Assembly: GCA_002448445.1 (NCBI GenBank)
Contig: DJYC01000112.1
Coordinates: 51,334 to 115,333 of the forward strand
Origin: Treponema sp. UBA6988
GTDB taxonomy: Bacteria > Spirochaetota > Spirochaetia > Treponematales > Treponemataceae
DNA length: 64,000 bases
Reading direction: 5' to 3'
Shown here: one piece after another, positions 40,721 to 50,092 of the stretch
Numbering within the stretch: position 1 is the first letter of the stretch
Layout: every line of letters begins with the position of its first letter
The notes under the pieces: generated by a model
Database searches by the model: none
What the model was told of the DNA's origin: nothing
The model's input: the letters and a program-made list of their open reading frames with translations, nothing else
Translations under genes and position numbers: made by a program

Positions 40721-41470
40721 TCAAATTATGTATTCAGGCTGCAGGGACCTTGATAAAAACTGTCTGGTCCTCTCTTCCTTTGGATTTGTAAAAATCTCTT
40801 CGGGAGCACCTTCTTCCACAACATCACCTTTGTCTATATACACAATACGGTCAGAGACATCCCTTGCAAAAGCCATCTCGTGCGTAACGATAATCATCGT
40901 CCGCTTTTCTGATGCAACTTCCTTTATAAGCTTTAAGACATCGCTTACAAGCTCTGGGTCCAAGGCACTGGTCGGTTCATCAAAAAGAATCACCTCCGGG
41001 TCAAGGACAAGGGCACGGGCAATCCCAATTCTCTGCTGCTGACCGCCTGAAAGTTTACTAGGATACTCGTCCCTTTTATCTTCAAGTCCTATTTTTTTAA
41101 GATAAGCCAATGCAACTTTTTCTGCTTCTGCCTTTGGAAGAATTTTATTTACGATTAATGGCTCCATAATATTTTCAAGCGCAGTCTTGTTCTTAAAGAG
41201 ATTAAAATTTTGAAAAACCATCGTGCTTTTTAGCCTTAGCTTCTTTATCTCATTTTTACCGGCCTGTTCGCAGTTGACGGACGCATCTCCAATAGTGATA
41301 GTTCCGGAATCTGCATGCTCCAAAAAATTAAGGCACCTAAGCAAAGTAGATTTTCCGCCGCCGCTTGAACCGATTATAGATACAATTTCATTATCATTTA
41401 TAGAAAGGTTTATTCCCCTAAGTACTTCATTCTGATTGAACGCTTTTTTCAGATTCTTAATTTCAATCAT
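40721..41470 (-). CDS. Polar amino-acid ABC transporter ATPase (TcyC/YxeO-like)
   Basis: GSSGGGKS, LSGGQQQR, FDEPTSALDPELV. Confidence 0.93.
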   Translation of the reverse strand: MIEIKNLKKAFNQNEVLRGINLSINDNEIVSIIGSSGGGKSTLLRCLNFLEHADSGTITIGDASVNCEQAGKNEIKKLRLKSTMVFQNFNLFKNKTALENIMEPLIVNKILPKAEAEKVALAYLKKIGLEDKRDEYPSKLSGGQQQRIGIARALVLDPEVILFDEPTSALDPELVSDVLKLIKEVASEKRTMIIVTHEMAFARDVSDRIVYIDKGDVVEEGAPEEIFTNPKEERTRQFLSRSLQPEYII

Positions 41471-41482
41471 AATTTCTCCCCG

Positions 41483-42199
41483 CTAAAATGCATTTTTGCT
41501 GAATCGTGAAAGTTTTTTTTCTAATACCAACAGAAGCCTTTCCAAGAGAGCGCAGACTGGCCAATACAAAAGCGAAACCGCAATATAAATTTCAAAATAA
41601 CGGAACGACCGAGAACCAACAATCCTTGCCTGTGCCATGATGTCAACAACGGTAATACAAAATGCAAGAGAAGTATTCTTTATCATTGCAAGCAACGAGC
41701 TTGTGAGTGTAGGCAGTGCAATTACAAAAGCCTGAGGAAGAATGACAGTTTTTAGCGAATCCCACGTTGAATAGTGAAGGCTTTTGCACGCTTCAAACTG
41801 CCCAGCTTCCACGGACATCAAGGAGCTTCTGAATGACTCGGACATGTAGGCGCCGGTGTTGAGTGCAAATGCAATTATTGCAAACAAAGTGCTCGGCAAC
41901 GAATTGATGTCAAACTCATTGCCGGCAGCTTCAACAATTCTGGAGATAAGGAGCGGAATTCCATAGTATGCAAGGTAGAGCTGGATAACCATAGGAGTTC
42001 CGCGAATAAAAGAAATGAACACTGTAGAAATTTGCGAAAGAACCTTAACATGGAAAAATCGTATTAAGGCAATCAATATTCCCAGTAAAAATCCAATAAT
42101 AGTAGCACTGAATGCAATTAATAAAGTTATTGGCAGTTTTGTTACTATTTCAGGAATTGTTGAAAATATATAAGTGATGTCGTCAAGCAATTTTTCCAT
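41483..42199 (-). CDS. Polar amino-acid ABC transporter permease (TcyB/YxeN-like)
   Basis: FIRGTP, GQFEA, VILPQAF, KNTSL. Confidence 0.93.
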   Translation of the reverse strand: MEKLLDDITYIFSTIPEIVTKLPITLLIAFSATIIGFLLGILIALIRFFHVKVLSQISTVFISFIRGTPMVIQLYLAYYGIPLLISRIVEAAGNEFDINSLPSTLFAIIAFALNTGAYMSESFRSSLMSVEAGQFEACKSLHYSTWDSLKTVILPQAFVIALPTLTSSLLAMIKNTSLAFCITVVDIMAQARIVGSRSFRYFEIYIAVSLLYWPVCALLERLLLVLEKKLSRFSKNAF

Positions 42200-42219
42200 A
42201 TTATTCTTCCTGCTTTATA

Positions 42220-43014
42220 TTATTTGCTTTTAACTGTCGTATCGCTTCCAAACCACTTAACGGCAAGCTTGGACAGTGTTCCGTCAGCGCGTATTTCTTC
42301 GAGTCCATTGTCGAACAGAGCCTTTATGCGTTCACCCTTTTTGTTTTTTGCAAAAATAAGATAGGCCGGGTTAAGCAAGTCAGGGTCGGCAGGAATATAT
42401 GCCAGCGGTTCTTTGCGTTCATTGATAAAAACGCCTGCCGCAACAGGGCTATCCACAGTAACGTCCGCCCTTCCAGAAAGGACTTCCGCAAAGATTGCAG
42501 CCGTTGCCGTATCCCCTGCATAGACAATGTTTATTTTGTCACCGTTTTCTTTATTGAATTTTTCAAGCCATTCTGCATAAGACGAGCCACCGCCCACGAT
42601 TACATTCTTGCCAAACAAATCTTTGGCAGACTTAATGTCCGTATCATTCCTAAAGATAAGGGCCGGATAGTCATAGTTGTATGGTTCTGCCGCATACAAA
42701 AACTGTTTTTCGCGTGCAGGATTTTTCTTTATTTCGTTTGCAACCAAATCAAAGCGTCCGGCACCAAGGGCAACGAGCATTCCGTCCCATGGCGTAGGCT
42801 CAATTTTCAGGCTTATGCCGGGAGTCTTTTCTACAATTGCATTTATAACATCAACATCAAAGCCGGTAATGTTTCCCTCAGAGTCAACAAAGTTGTAAGG
42901 CTTCCAACCTCCCTCTATTGCAACGCGGACAACTTCCTGCTTGTTTTTTGACTTTGAATTGCAACTTGTAAAAATTGCTCCAATTGCGAAAAAAAGAATA
43001 AAAATTTTTTTCAT
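42220..43014 (-). CDS. Polar amino-acid ABC substrate-binding lipoprotein (cystine/S-alkylcysteine-type)
   Basis: Lipobox FTSC; SBP_bac_3 features PYNF, GFDVD, FDLVAN, GTLSKLAVKWFG. Confidence 0.88.
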   Translation of the reverse strand: MKKIFILFFAIGAIFTSCNSKSKNKQEVVRVAIEGGWKPYNFVDSEGNITGFDVDVINAIVEKTPGISLKIEPTPWDGMLVALGAGRFDLVANEIKKNPAREKQFLYAAEPYNYDYPALIFRNDTDIKSAKDLFGKNVIVGGGSSYAEWLEKFNKENGDKINIVYAGDTATAAIFAEVLSGRADVTVDSPVAAGVFINERKEPLAYIPADPDLLNPAYLIFAKNKKGERIKALFDNGLEEIRADGTLSKLAVKWFGSDTTVKSK

Positions 43015-43093
43015 AATATACCTCCATGAAAAATTATTTTTGTGATTCATACCTTGTTGATGTATATATACAAGTTTTAAATTCTTTTTTCCA

Positions 43094-43182
43094 ATTCATT
43101 TTTTTTATGATTGTCAATAAAAAAATTATATAAATTTTAGCCGTCCATTTTTATTGACCTAATCAATTTGGAACTGTATATT
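43094..43182 (+). promoter_or_regulatory. Divergent promoter region with possible LysR-type T-N11-A boxes
   Basis: ATT-N9-TAT (43094) and ATA-N9-TAT (43117) upstream of TTGACC-17-TATATT; AT-rich, so weak. Confidence 0.4.
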
Positions 43183-43212
43183 TTGCCTTGTTAAAACCTA
43201 TTGGAGAATTTT

Positions 43213-44013
43213 ATGAAACGACCCTTTATCTACATTCACATGCTGACAAGCCTTGACGGAAAAATATGGGGAGAATTTACAAAGCTCCCTGAGGAAACAG
43301 CTGCGGCTCCTTTCTTTAAAGAAATTGGCTTTGGACGTGACTACTGGAATACGGATGCAAATCTTAGCGGAACCAACACCGCTCTTAATGATTACACTTA
43401 CCACAAGGCACCGGACCTTAATGCAAATGCAGAAATTGTTCCTCCGGGTGATTTTATTGCCGTTAAGGAAGCTGAGCGCTACAGCTTTGTCCTTGACCGC
43501 AAAGGTATTCTGGGCTACCAGAAAAACGAAATATTTTATGCAGGGGTTCACTCGCACATCGTCGACGTAATTACGGAAAAAGTTTCCAACGAGTACAAGG
43601 ATTTTTTGCGGAGAAAAAATATTTCTTACATTATCTGCGGAAACGAAGAAATTGACTACGATGTTATGTTTCAAAAAATGGTGGAACTTTTTGGAGTAAA
43701 GTTTTTGTCTGTTGCAGGCGGCGGAACACTGAACTGGGCTTTCTTGCGGAAGGGCTACGTTGATGAAATAGGTTTTGTTATTGTTCCGGGAGCAGATGGA
43801 GGAACAGGCACCCCACAGCTTTTTATGGCAAAAGAAGGATGGGGCGAAGAGATTCCTGTCTCGTTTGAATTTGTCGAAGTAAAAGTTGACGAACGCTCAG
43901 GTGCATTGTGGCTTCATTACAAAGTAAAAAAGGTTTGGCAAAAAGATGAATGGATTAAGGAGTTTGGGCTTGGCCCGAAAGATTTTGTCTCTGCAGATAA
44001 TTCAGGAAAATAA
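43213..44013 (+). CDS. RibD C-terminal / dihydrofolate reductase-fold protein
   Basis: RPFIYIHMLTSLDGKI, LDRKG, GGGTLNWAFL, VDEI. Confidence 0.88.
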   Translation: MKRPFIYIHMLTSLDGKIWGEFTKLPEETAAAPFFKEIGFGRDYWNTDANLSGTNTALNDYTYHKAPDLNANAEIVPPGDFIAVKEAERYSFVLDRKGILGYQKNEIFYAGVHSHIVDVITEKVSNEYKDFLRRKNISYIICGNEEIDYDVMFQKMVELFGVKFLSVAGGGTLNWAFLRKGYVDEIGFVIVPGADGGTGTPQLFMAKEGWGEEIPVSFEFVEVKVDERSGALWLHYKVKKVWQKDEWIKEFGLGPKDFVSADNSGK

Positions 44014-44027
44014 AGGGGAAAATAAAA

Positions 44028-45314
44028 ATGTTAAATGTATTAGATCAGCCACGGTATAAATGCGCACTTGCAGCCATGCAGACTGTCCAGTCAATTCCGG
44101 GCGCACTGCCAATCCTTCACTCAGGCCCCGGGTGTGCAAGCAAGCTGAACGACAACAGCGGTTCAGGCGGGCATTTTGCGCCAAATGCATACCCATGCTC
44201 TCTTGTAAGCGAAAAAGAAGTCGTCTTTGGCGGAATAAAAAAACTTCGCAACACTGTAGAAAATGCGCTTAAAGTAATGGATGCAGAGCTTTTTGTAGTA
44301 ATATCGGGATGCACGACAGAAATAATCGGTGATGACATTCAGGAAGTTGCAGAAGATTTTTTTACTTTAGAAAAACCTGTGGTCTGGGCAAAGACTCCTG
44401 GATTCAAAGGCAACAACTACCTTGGCCATGACTGGATCTTAAAATCAATTTTTGAACAGTACTTGCCAAAGCTTGAGGCGGCACCAAAAATAAAGGGGCT
44501 TGTAAATATTTTTGCAGGCACACCGGAGCACGACCCCTTCTGGCTTGGAAACCTCCACGAGCTTGAAAGGCTTGTTGAATCAATAGGGCTTATTCCAAAC
44601 ACAATCTTTGGTGCAGGACGTTCACTTGAAAACATAAAAAAAATCCGCCAGGCAGAATACACAATCCTTGTCTCTCCGTGGGTTGGAACAGAAAGTGCGG
44701 AATATCTTGAAAAGGCTTTTGATATTCCGCTTTTAAAATATCCAGTCCTTCCAATCGGTGCATTTGAGACAACGAAATTCCTTCGTGCGGTCGGAGACTT
44801 TTGCAATGCGGACAAAGAGAAGGTAGAAAAAGTCATAAAGGAAAACGAAGAAGAATATTACTACTATCTTGAGCGCTTTGCAGACACCATTCTTGAAACG
44901 CGGCTTTTGGGAAAAAGGTTTACCGTAGCTTCGGAAGCACAGTATGCGCTTGCAATTACAAAATTTCTTGTTAATGATTTGGGAAGCTTTCCTCTTACGC
45001 AGTTTATTACCGATGACACGCCGGAAAAATACCGCGATGCAATAAAGGCGGAATTCAATAATCTGAATTACGATATTCATGCAGATGTTGAATGGACTAC
45101 AGACGGAAAGGATATTGAAAACAAAATACGCGGCTTTGACTTTGCAGGCATCCCCTTGATTGCAGGAAGCAGTTGGGAAAAAAACATTGCCAAGGAACTT
45201 GGTGCGCGCTATGTGAACATTTCCTATCCGGTAATTGACCGCCTTATAATAAACAGCAACATTGCAGGATATTCTGGAGCCTTAAAGCTTTTGGAAGACA
45301 TTTATACAGCATGA
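44028..45314 (+). CDS. Nitrogenase component-1 beta-like (NifK/NifN/MarK-like) oxidoreductase
   Basis: PRYKCAL, HSGPGC, EKEVVFGG, GCTTEIIGDD, YPVIDRL, GYSGAL. Confidence 0.9.
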   Translation: MLNVLDQPRYKCALAAMQTVQSIPGALPILHSGPGCASKLNDNSGSGGHFAPNAYPCSLVSEKEVVFGGIKKLRNTVENALKVMDAELFVVISGCTTEIIGDDIQEVAEDFFTLEKPVVWAKTPGFKGNNYLGHDWILKSIFEQYLPKLEAAPKIKGLVNIFAGTPEHDPFWLGNLHELERLVESIGLIPNTIFGAGRSLENIKKIRQAEYTILVSPWVGTESAEYLEKAFDIPLLKYPVLPIGAFETTKFLRAVGDFCNADKEKVEKVIKENEEEYYYYLERFADTILETRLLGKRFTVASEAQYALAITKFLVNDLGSFPLTQFITDDTPEKYRDAIKAEFNNLNYDIHADVEWTTDGKDIENKIRGFDFAGIPLIAGSSWEKNIAKELGARYVNISYPVIDRLIINSNIAGYSGALKLLEDIYTA

Positions 45315-45335
45315 CTTTCAGCCAGGGCAAAAAGA

Positions 45336-46049
45336 CTAGAGTCTGCAATCACTCTCAAAATCATTGTAGATAAGCATCCAGGCAATCACGTCCATAACAA
45401 AAACGTAGAGGAAGAACAAAAGCCCAAGCCCCCCGCCCTGAATGCTGTCGCTAAGCAAAAAGTCGTAGACCGCATGGCAAAGGGTTGCAGACGCCACGCT
45501 AAGAACCATGTTGGCAAAGGAAAGAACCCCAAGCTTCCTGTTCTTGAACTGTCTGGCGCGCGAAAAGAAAAACCCCATCAGAACACCGTAGGTAGCATGC
45601 CCCGGAATGGAAAAAATAGCCCTTCCCAAAGCAATCGAATGTCCCCAGCCCAAAAGATAAAGCACATTCTCGCAGCCTGCAAAACCCAGCGAAGAAGCAA
45701 GCGCATAGACAATGCCGTCGTAGCGGTAGCGGAAGCAGGGACTTGACCACAAAAGAATCATCAGAATGAGCCACTTATAAAGTTCTTCAACAAGGGCAAC
45801 AGCCCAAAAATTAAGCGCAAAGTCAAAGTCCATGGCACTTCTGGCCGCATAGTTCATAAAAAGGAGGCTTCCCACAATGCGCTCAAATGGGATGACCGCA
45901 AAAGAAAAGAGGGCACTTAAAAAGAAAACCTGAAAAACCTTCCCAAAAGGCTCACGTTCAAAGCGGTCCTTGCTGTAGACAAAAAATAGGATAAGAAAGA
46001 CAGGCAGCAGGGCAAAAATCAGCGTAAGACCAAAAAAAGCAAAGGTCAA
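45336..46049 (-). CDS. PrsW-family intramembrane protease
   Basis: REP, VEELYK, LGFAGCEN, PGHA, HAVYD. Confidence 0.9.
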   Translation of the reverse strand: MTFAFFGLTLIFALLPVFLILFFVYSKDRFEREPFGKVFQVFFLSALFSFAVIPFERIVGSLLFMNYAARSAMDFDFALNFWAVALVEELYKWLILMILLWSSPCFRYRYDGIVYALASSLGFAGCENVLYLLGWGHSIALGRAIFSIPGHATYGVLMGFFFSRARQFKNRKLGVLSFANMVLSVASATLCHAVYDFLLSDSIQGGGLGLLFFLYVFVMDVIAWMLIYNDFESDCRL

Positions 46050-46074
46050 GAAAACCTCCCGTGCCGCCTAAGAA

Positions 46075-46890
46075 TTATTCCTTGGGAGCAGAAGCGTCGG
46101 CAGCCTCAAAGAGGGTACCCTTCTGGGAACCGTCCAAAAGAGACGCAAGCGGATTGTCCTTTTTGCTGTTTGCAAGAACCATGGGAATTCCGTTCTGCGT
46201 AGCCTTCTGGGCAGCTTCAATCTTTGTGCGTATTCCGCCGGTACCAAAAGAATTGGTCTTTCCCAAAGTGATTCCCTTCAAGAGGGCATCTATATCCGTA
46301 ACGCTTTCTACAAGCTTTGCATCAGGATTAGTCTTGGGATTGTCCGTATAAACACCGTCAATGTCGCTAAAGAGAACAAGAAGCTCCGCGCTCCACAAAA
46401 TTGCCGTAAGGGCAGAAAGGTTGTCGTTGTCTCCTATAGAATTCTCTTCAAAGGAAACAGAATCATTTTCATTTATAATAGGAACAACACCTTCGTCCAC
46501 AAGGGTAAAGAGAGTGTTCCTCATGTTAAGGGTGTGGTGGTAGTCCTCAAAATCTTCCTTTACAAAAAGAAGCTGGGCAACGTGCAAAGACTGCTTCTTA
46601 AAGGCAGCCCTCCACTTGTCCATAAGCTCCACCTGGCCTATTGCACAAAGAGCCTGGCGGTAGTGCATGTCCTTTTTGTGGGCCCATCCGTTAATGCTGG
46701 AAAGCCCCGCAACCTGTGCACCGGAAGAAACGATGATTATCTGCTTGCCTAAAGCCATAAGCTTTGCGCAGTCAGCTGCAATCATGTTCATAAAGTCAAG
46801 GTTGATTGTGCCGTCCGCCTTTGCAAGCGAATTGCTTCCAAATTTTATTACTATTTTCTTTGCGCTTTCAAGAGTCTGCTGAATGTTCAT
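46075..46890 (-). CDS. proB: Glutamate 5-kinase
   Basis: VIKFGS, VSSGA, INENDS, GDND, GTGG. Confidence 0.95.
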   Translation of the reverse strand: MNIQQTLESAKKIVIKFGSNSLAKADGTINLDFMNMIAADCAKLMALGKQIIIVSSGAQVAGLSSINGWAHKKDMHYRQALCAIGQVELMDKWRAAFKKQSLHVAQLLFVKEDFEDYHHTLNMRNTLFTLVDEGVVPIINENDSVSFEENSIGDNDNLSALTAILWSAELLVLFSDIDGVYTDNPKTNPDAKLVESVTDIDALLKGITLGKTNSFGTGGIRTKIEAAQKATQNGIPMVLANSKKDNPLASLLDGSQKGTLFEAADASAPKE

Positions 46891-48152
46891 CTTATTTGAC
46901 CGTCCCCGTCAATCAGGAATTTTGTTGTGGTAAGGGCCTTTATTCCCATTGGCCCGCGGGCATGAAGCTTCTGGGTGCTAATTCCAAGCTCTGCACCAAA
47001 ACCAAATTGACCGCCGTCCGTAAAGCGGGTGCTTGCGTTAACATAGACACAAGCAGCGTCCACCCTGGTCTGGAAGTCGCGGGCAATGGAGCGGTCGTTT
47101 GTAACAATGCATTCGCTGTGCTTGGTATTGTGCGCGTTTATAAATTCAATCGCCTCGTTTGCAGAAGAGACAAGCTTTACCGCAAGCGTAAAGTCAAGGA
47201 ATTCAAAGCCAAAGTCTTCATCCGTGGCTTCCCTAAGGTTCTTGCAGCAGTCCTTAAGAATGGCAAAAGACTCCTTGTCCGCACGAAGTTGCACCTTGTC
47301 CGCAAACGCCTTTGCCATGAGCGGAAGGAAAGCAGAAGCAACATCCCTCTGCACAAGCACTGTCTCTATTGCATTACAGGCACCCGGCCTCTGCATCTTG
47401 GCATTAGCAGCAATTTTAGCCGCCACATCCAAATCAGCGGACTTTTCTACAAAAAAGTGGCAAACACCGCTACCTGTCTCTATAACCGGAATCTTTGCAT
47501 TCTGAACAACATTTTGAATAAGCCTTGCACCGCCACGGGGAAGCACAACGTCTATCTTTCCAAGGGCAGTAAGAATCCTGTCCACATCGGAATGGTCAGC
47601 TTTGGGCTGGCAAAGAAAAACCGCATCCGTTACACCGGCTTCCCCCGCAGCAGAAAGGCCTTCACGAATTGCCTTTACGATTACAGAATTGCTTTTTAGC
47701 GCAGATGAAGAACCCCGAAGCAGAATTGCATTGCCGCTCTTGTAGGCAAGGGCAAAGGCATCAACCGTAACGTTGGGGCGGCTCTCGTAAATAATAGCCA
47801 CAACCCCAAGCGGAACCCTAACCTGCCTTATCTGCATACCGTTAGGAATCTTCCAACCGGCAACCTCTTCCCCGATTGGGTCAGTCTGTGAAATTATAAC
47901 GCCAATGGCATCAATTATGGACTGGAATTTCTTCTCGTCAAGGGCAAGGCGCTCAATCAAAGCCTCGCTAACACCGCGCGAACGGGAATCTGCCACGTCC
48001 TGGGCATTTGCCTCAAGAATGGCATCCTTATTTTTTTGCAGGGATTCTACAACCTTCTCTAGCGCATAGTTTTTTTGCAAAGCGGTCAGCAGGGCTGTTT
48101 TTTGGCTGGCAACCCTAAGACCTGCGCAAAGCTCTTCAAATTCATCTGCCAT
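46887..48152 (-). CDS. proA: Gamma-glutamyl phosphate reductase
   Basis: YESRPNVT, ACNAIET, NASTRFTDG, KLHARGPMG. Confidence 0.97.
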   Translation of the reverse strand: MADEFEELCAGLRVASQKTALLTALQKNYALEKVVESLQKNKDAILEANAQDVADSRSRGVSEALIERLALDEKKFQSIIDAIGVIISQTDPIGEEVAGWKIPNGMQIRQVRVPLGVVAIIYESRPNVTVDAFALAYKSGNAILLRGSSSALKSNSVIVKAIREGLSAAGEAGVTDAVFLCQPKADHSDVDRILTALGKIDVVLPRGGARLIQNVVQNAKIPVIETGSGVCHFFVEKSADLDVAAKIAANAKMQRPGACNAIETVLVQRDVASAFLPLMAKAFADKVQLRADKESFAILKDCCKNLREATDEDFGFEFLDFTLAVKLVSSANEAIEFINAHNTKHSECIVTNDRSIARDFQTRVDAACVYVNASTRFTDGGQFGFGAELGISTQKLHARGPMGIKALTTTKFLIDGDGQIR

Positions 48153-48173
48153 ATACGGCCTCTTTTTTTAATT

Positions 48174-48713
48174 TTAGTAGTTGGCAAGAAAATACATGCC
48201 CAAAAGAATTGCAAGGCGGCACTTGTCCTTATTCCATACGGCATCCTTTGGAAGACTCTTTATGTACCACCAGAAAAGCCCAAATTCCGGGTCAATGCGG
48301 AGGGCGTATTCGTCAAACTCGGGGTTCTTTGTCTGCGCGCCAAACATAAGATAAACAACGTCGCTAACAATGCCAAGGAAAAGGCTGTAGGCTTCATCAT
48401 AGGCCTTGTCTTCCATCTTCTTGTTGAATTCCTCAAGATGGTACAAAACCTCTTCCTTTAACTCCTCGTCAAATTCTTCAACCCAAGTTTTTTGGATAAG
48501 CAGCAAAAGGTTTTTGTGAAAACTGGAAAGAAGCTTTGCCTCGCCATCCTTTGCCGAATCAGCAACTGGCACAAAGGCATCTCCCGTTCCCAAAACATCG
48601 GCAACAAGAATGGACGCTTCGCCTATTTTTTTAGAATCATCAGAAGTTATAAACTCATTTAATGCATCAACCGATTTTTTTTCTACAAACTGATTTATTA
48701 ATTCACTGCTCAT
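48174..48713 (-). CDS. Hypothetical protein
   Basis: Clean 179-aa ORF co-oriented with proAB; TTGAAA-17-TAAAAT upstream. Confidence 0.75.
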   Translation of the reverse strand: MSSELINQFVEKKSVDALNEFITSDDSKKIGEASILVADVLGTGDAFVPVADSAKDGEAKLLSSFHKNLLLLIQKTWVEEFDEELKEEVLYHLEEFNKKMEDKAYDEAYSLFLGIVSDVVYLMFGAQTKNPEFDEYALRIDPEFGLFWWYIKSLPKDAVWNKDKCRLAILLGMYFLANY

Positions 48714-48762
48714 GGTTGCTATTTTAGTTTTTTACACCGATTTTTTCAAGGGGATTTTTATA

Positions 48763-49019
48763 TTCCGGAGCGCACCTCATCTTTAACTGTGTCCGGCACT
48801 CCGTGTCCGGCCAGACTCCACGCAATTCCTACCCATTCGCAAACCGATAGCGCCAAGGATGGCGCGTCAGGTGGTTGCAATAAAGATATGGCAAGTTTCC
48901 GAAGGAAACTTGTGGGTAGAAATTGCATGGATGCAATTTCTACCCGCTTTCCAGGGTTCCGGCTTTCGCCTCCATTGCTTCGCAACGGCTACGCCGCCCT
49001 TCCAATCGGGGCTAGGCTC
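48763..49019. repeat. Composite repeat with structured repeat copy 8
   Basis: Colinear with 28650-28915; contains the 15-bp inverted repeat GGGTAGAAATTGCAT gg ATGCAATTTCTACCC. Confidence 0.85.
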
Positions 49020-49067
49020 TGTCTGCAAAAGCTGTAAAAGACTAAAACTTCACTTATATAATATTAC

Positions 49068-49233
49068 GGAAATAAGTTTTGGGCGCAACGGGAAGCGAAA
49101 TATGGCTGAAAATTCATTTGCGCGGAGCGACCGAAGGGAGCGAAAGTCCTATTACCGCGCACGCGGTTGTTATAAACAACCCACTGAATTTTCAGACAGA
49201 GTTCGCTGGTAGTGGAGCCCAAAACTTATTTCC
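49068..49233. mobile_element. MITE-like element with 17-bp terminal inverted repeats
   Basis: GGAAATAAGTTTTGGGC ... GCCCAAAACTTATTTCC; partial second copy near 4050. Confidence 0.6.
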
Positions 49234-49427
49234 TTTAATAAACATACTCCCGGCTGTAGCGGTTTAACGGAACGAATATCATCTTTTTACTTATGCGCTC
49301 CAAGGGTATTTCTGTTTTTACAATACTATCGCGTTCAAATGGAAAGGTATCCGGCTGAAAGTGGCTAAAGTAAAACTGATACAGGGTAAAGCTTTCAAGC
49401 ATAAACACCTTCCGCTCCACCTTCAAG

Positions 49428-49577
49428 CTATTCTTTAGTTACATAATCAATTTCACCTTCAATTTTTGAAAGGAGATTTTTCGGGAGCTTTAAAATTTTC
49501 TCTTCAAGACGAAATTTGTCCACAACAACAATCTAATGAATCAAAGCGACAGATTCTTTTTATTCACCACGAGTCAT
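49428..49577 (-). pseudogene. PemK/MazF-family toxin pseudogene
   Basis: Manual translation MTRGE*KESVALIH*IVVVDKFRLEEKI...; both termini retained, core deleted. Confidence 0.7.
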
Positions 49578-49770
49578 TTTTTACGCTCTCCCACACAGTT
49601 GAAAGGCTTGTTTCCCTCATTTTCTGCAAAGATTCCTCTTCTGAATACTCATTGTTTAGGATTGAAGTCTTTTTGTTTATATTGTTTGCAACGAAATTAA
49701 GCAGATGAATCTGTTCTGCCAAAGAGAATGTTAATACTTGATTTTCTACATACGCGAGTGCATCTGACAT
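49564..49770 (-). CDS. Putative antitoxin
   Basis: GGAGG RBS, 68 aa, acidic C-terminus; overlaps the toxin start. Confidence 0.6.
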   Translation of the reverse strand: MSDALAYVENQVLTFSLAEQIHLLNFVANNINKKTSILNNEYSEEESLQKMRETSLSTVWESVKNDSW

Positions 49771-49882
49771 ATTGGACCTCCACTTGCCATTATACCATAA
49801 AATTTAAGATTTTGCAGAAGAATAAGAAAAGAAGTCGTTATAATACACAACATCAAGCCACGGAGGGATTTTTTGAGGCGAC

Positions 49883-49955
49883 TTACGCGGGATTGGAGGG
49901 GGCGCGGAGCGCGTGCGTAGCACCGGCCGGGAGGGTAAGCCCCGGAAAGCCCGTA
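49883..49955. repeat. Structured repeat copy 9
   Basis: TACGCGGGATTGGAGGGG...CCCCGGAAAGCCCG. Confidence 0.75.
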
Positions 49956-50092
49956 ACAAGGGGCATGAAAGCCGATTGCAGAGTAAAAACAGATGGTAGA
50001 ACAAGAAGGACTTCGTCCAAAAGACTCGTGCAAAAGATAGAAGTGGGGGCTTATATCGACAGATTGGCGGAAAGGTTATATAATAGAAGTTA

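Noticed and set aside
39209-45312. ACAGCAT direct repeat at both ends of the nitrogenase-like island
   Set aside because: Only 7 bp, plausible by chance, and no integrase or transposase nearby.
39236-45314. True nitrogen-fixation cluster
   Set aside because: No nifH/B/E/N in the window, the subunits are divergently transcribed, and the context is amino-acid import.
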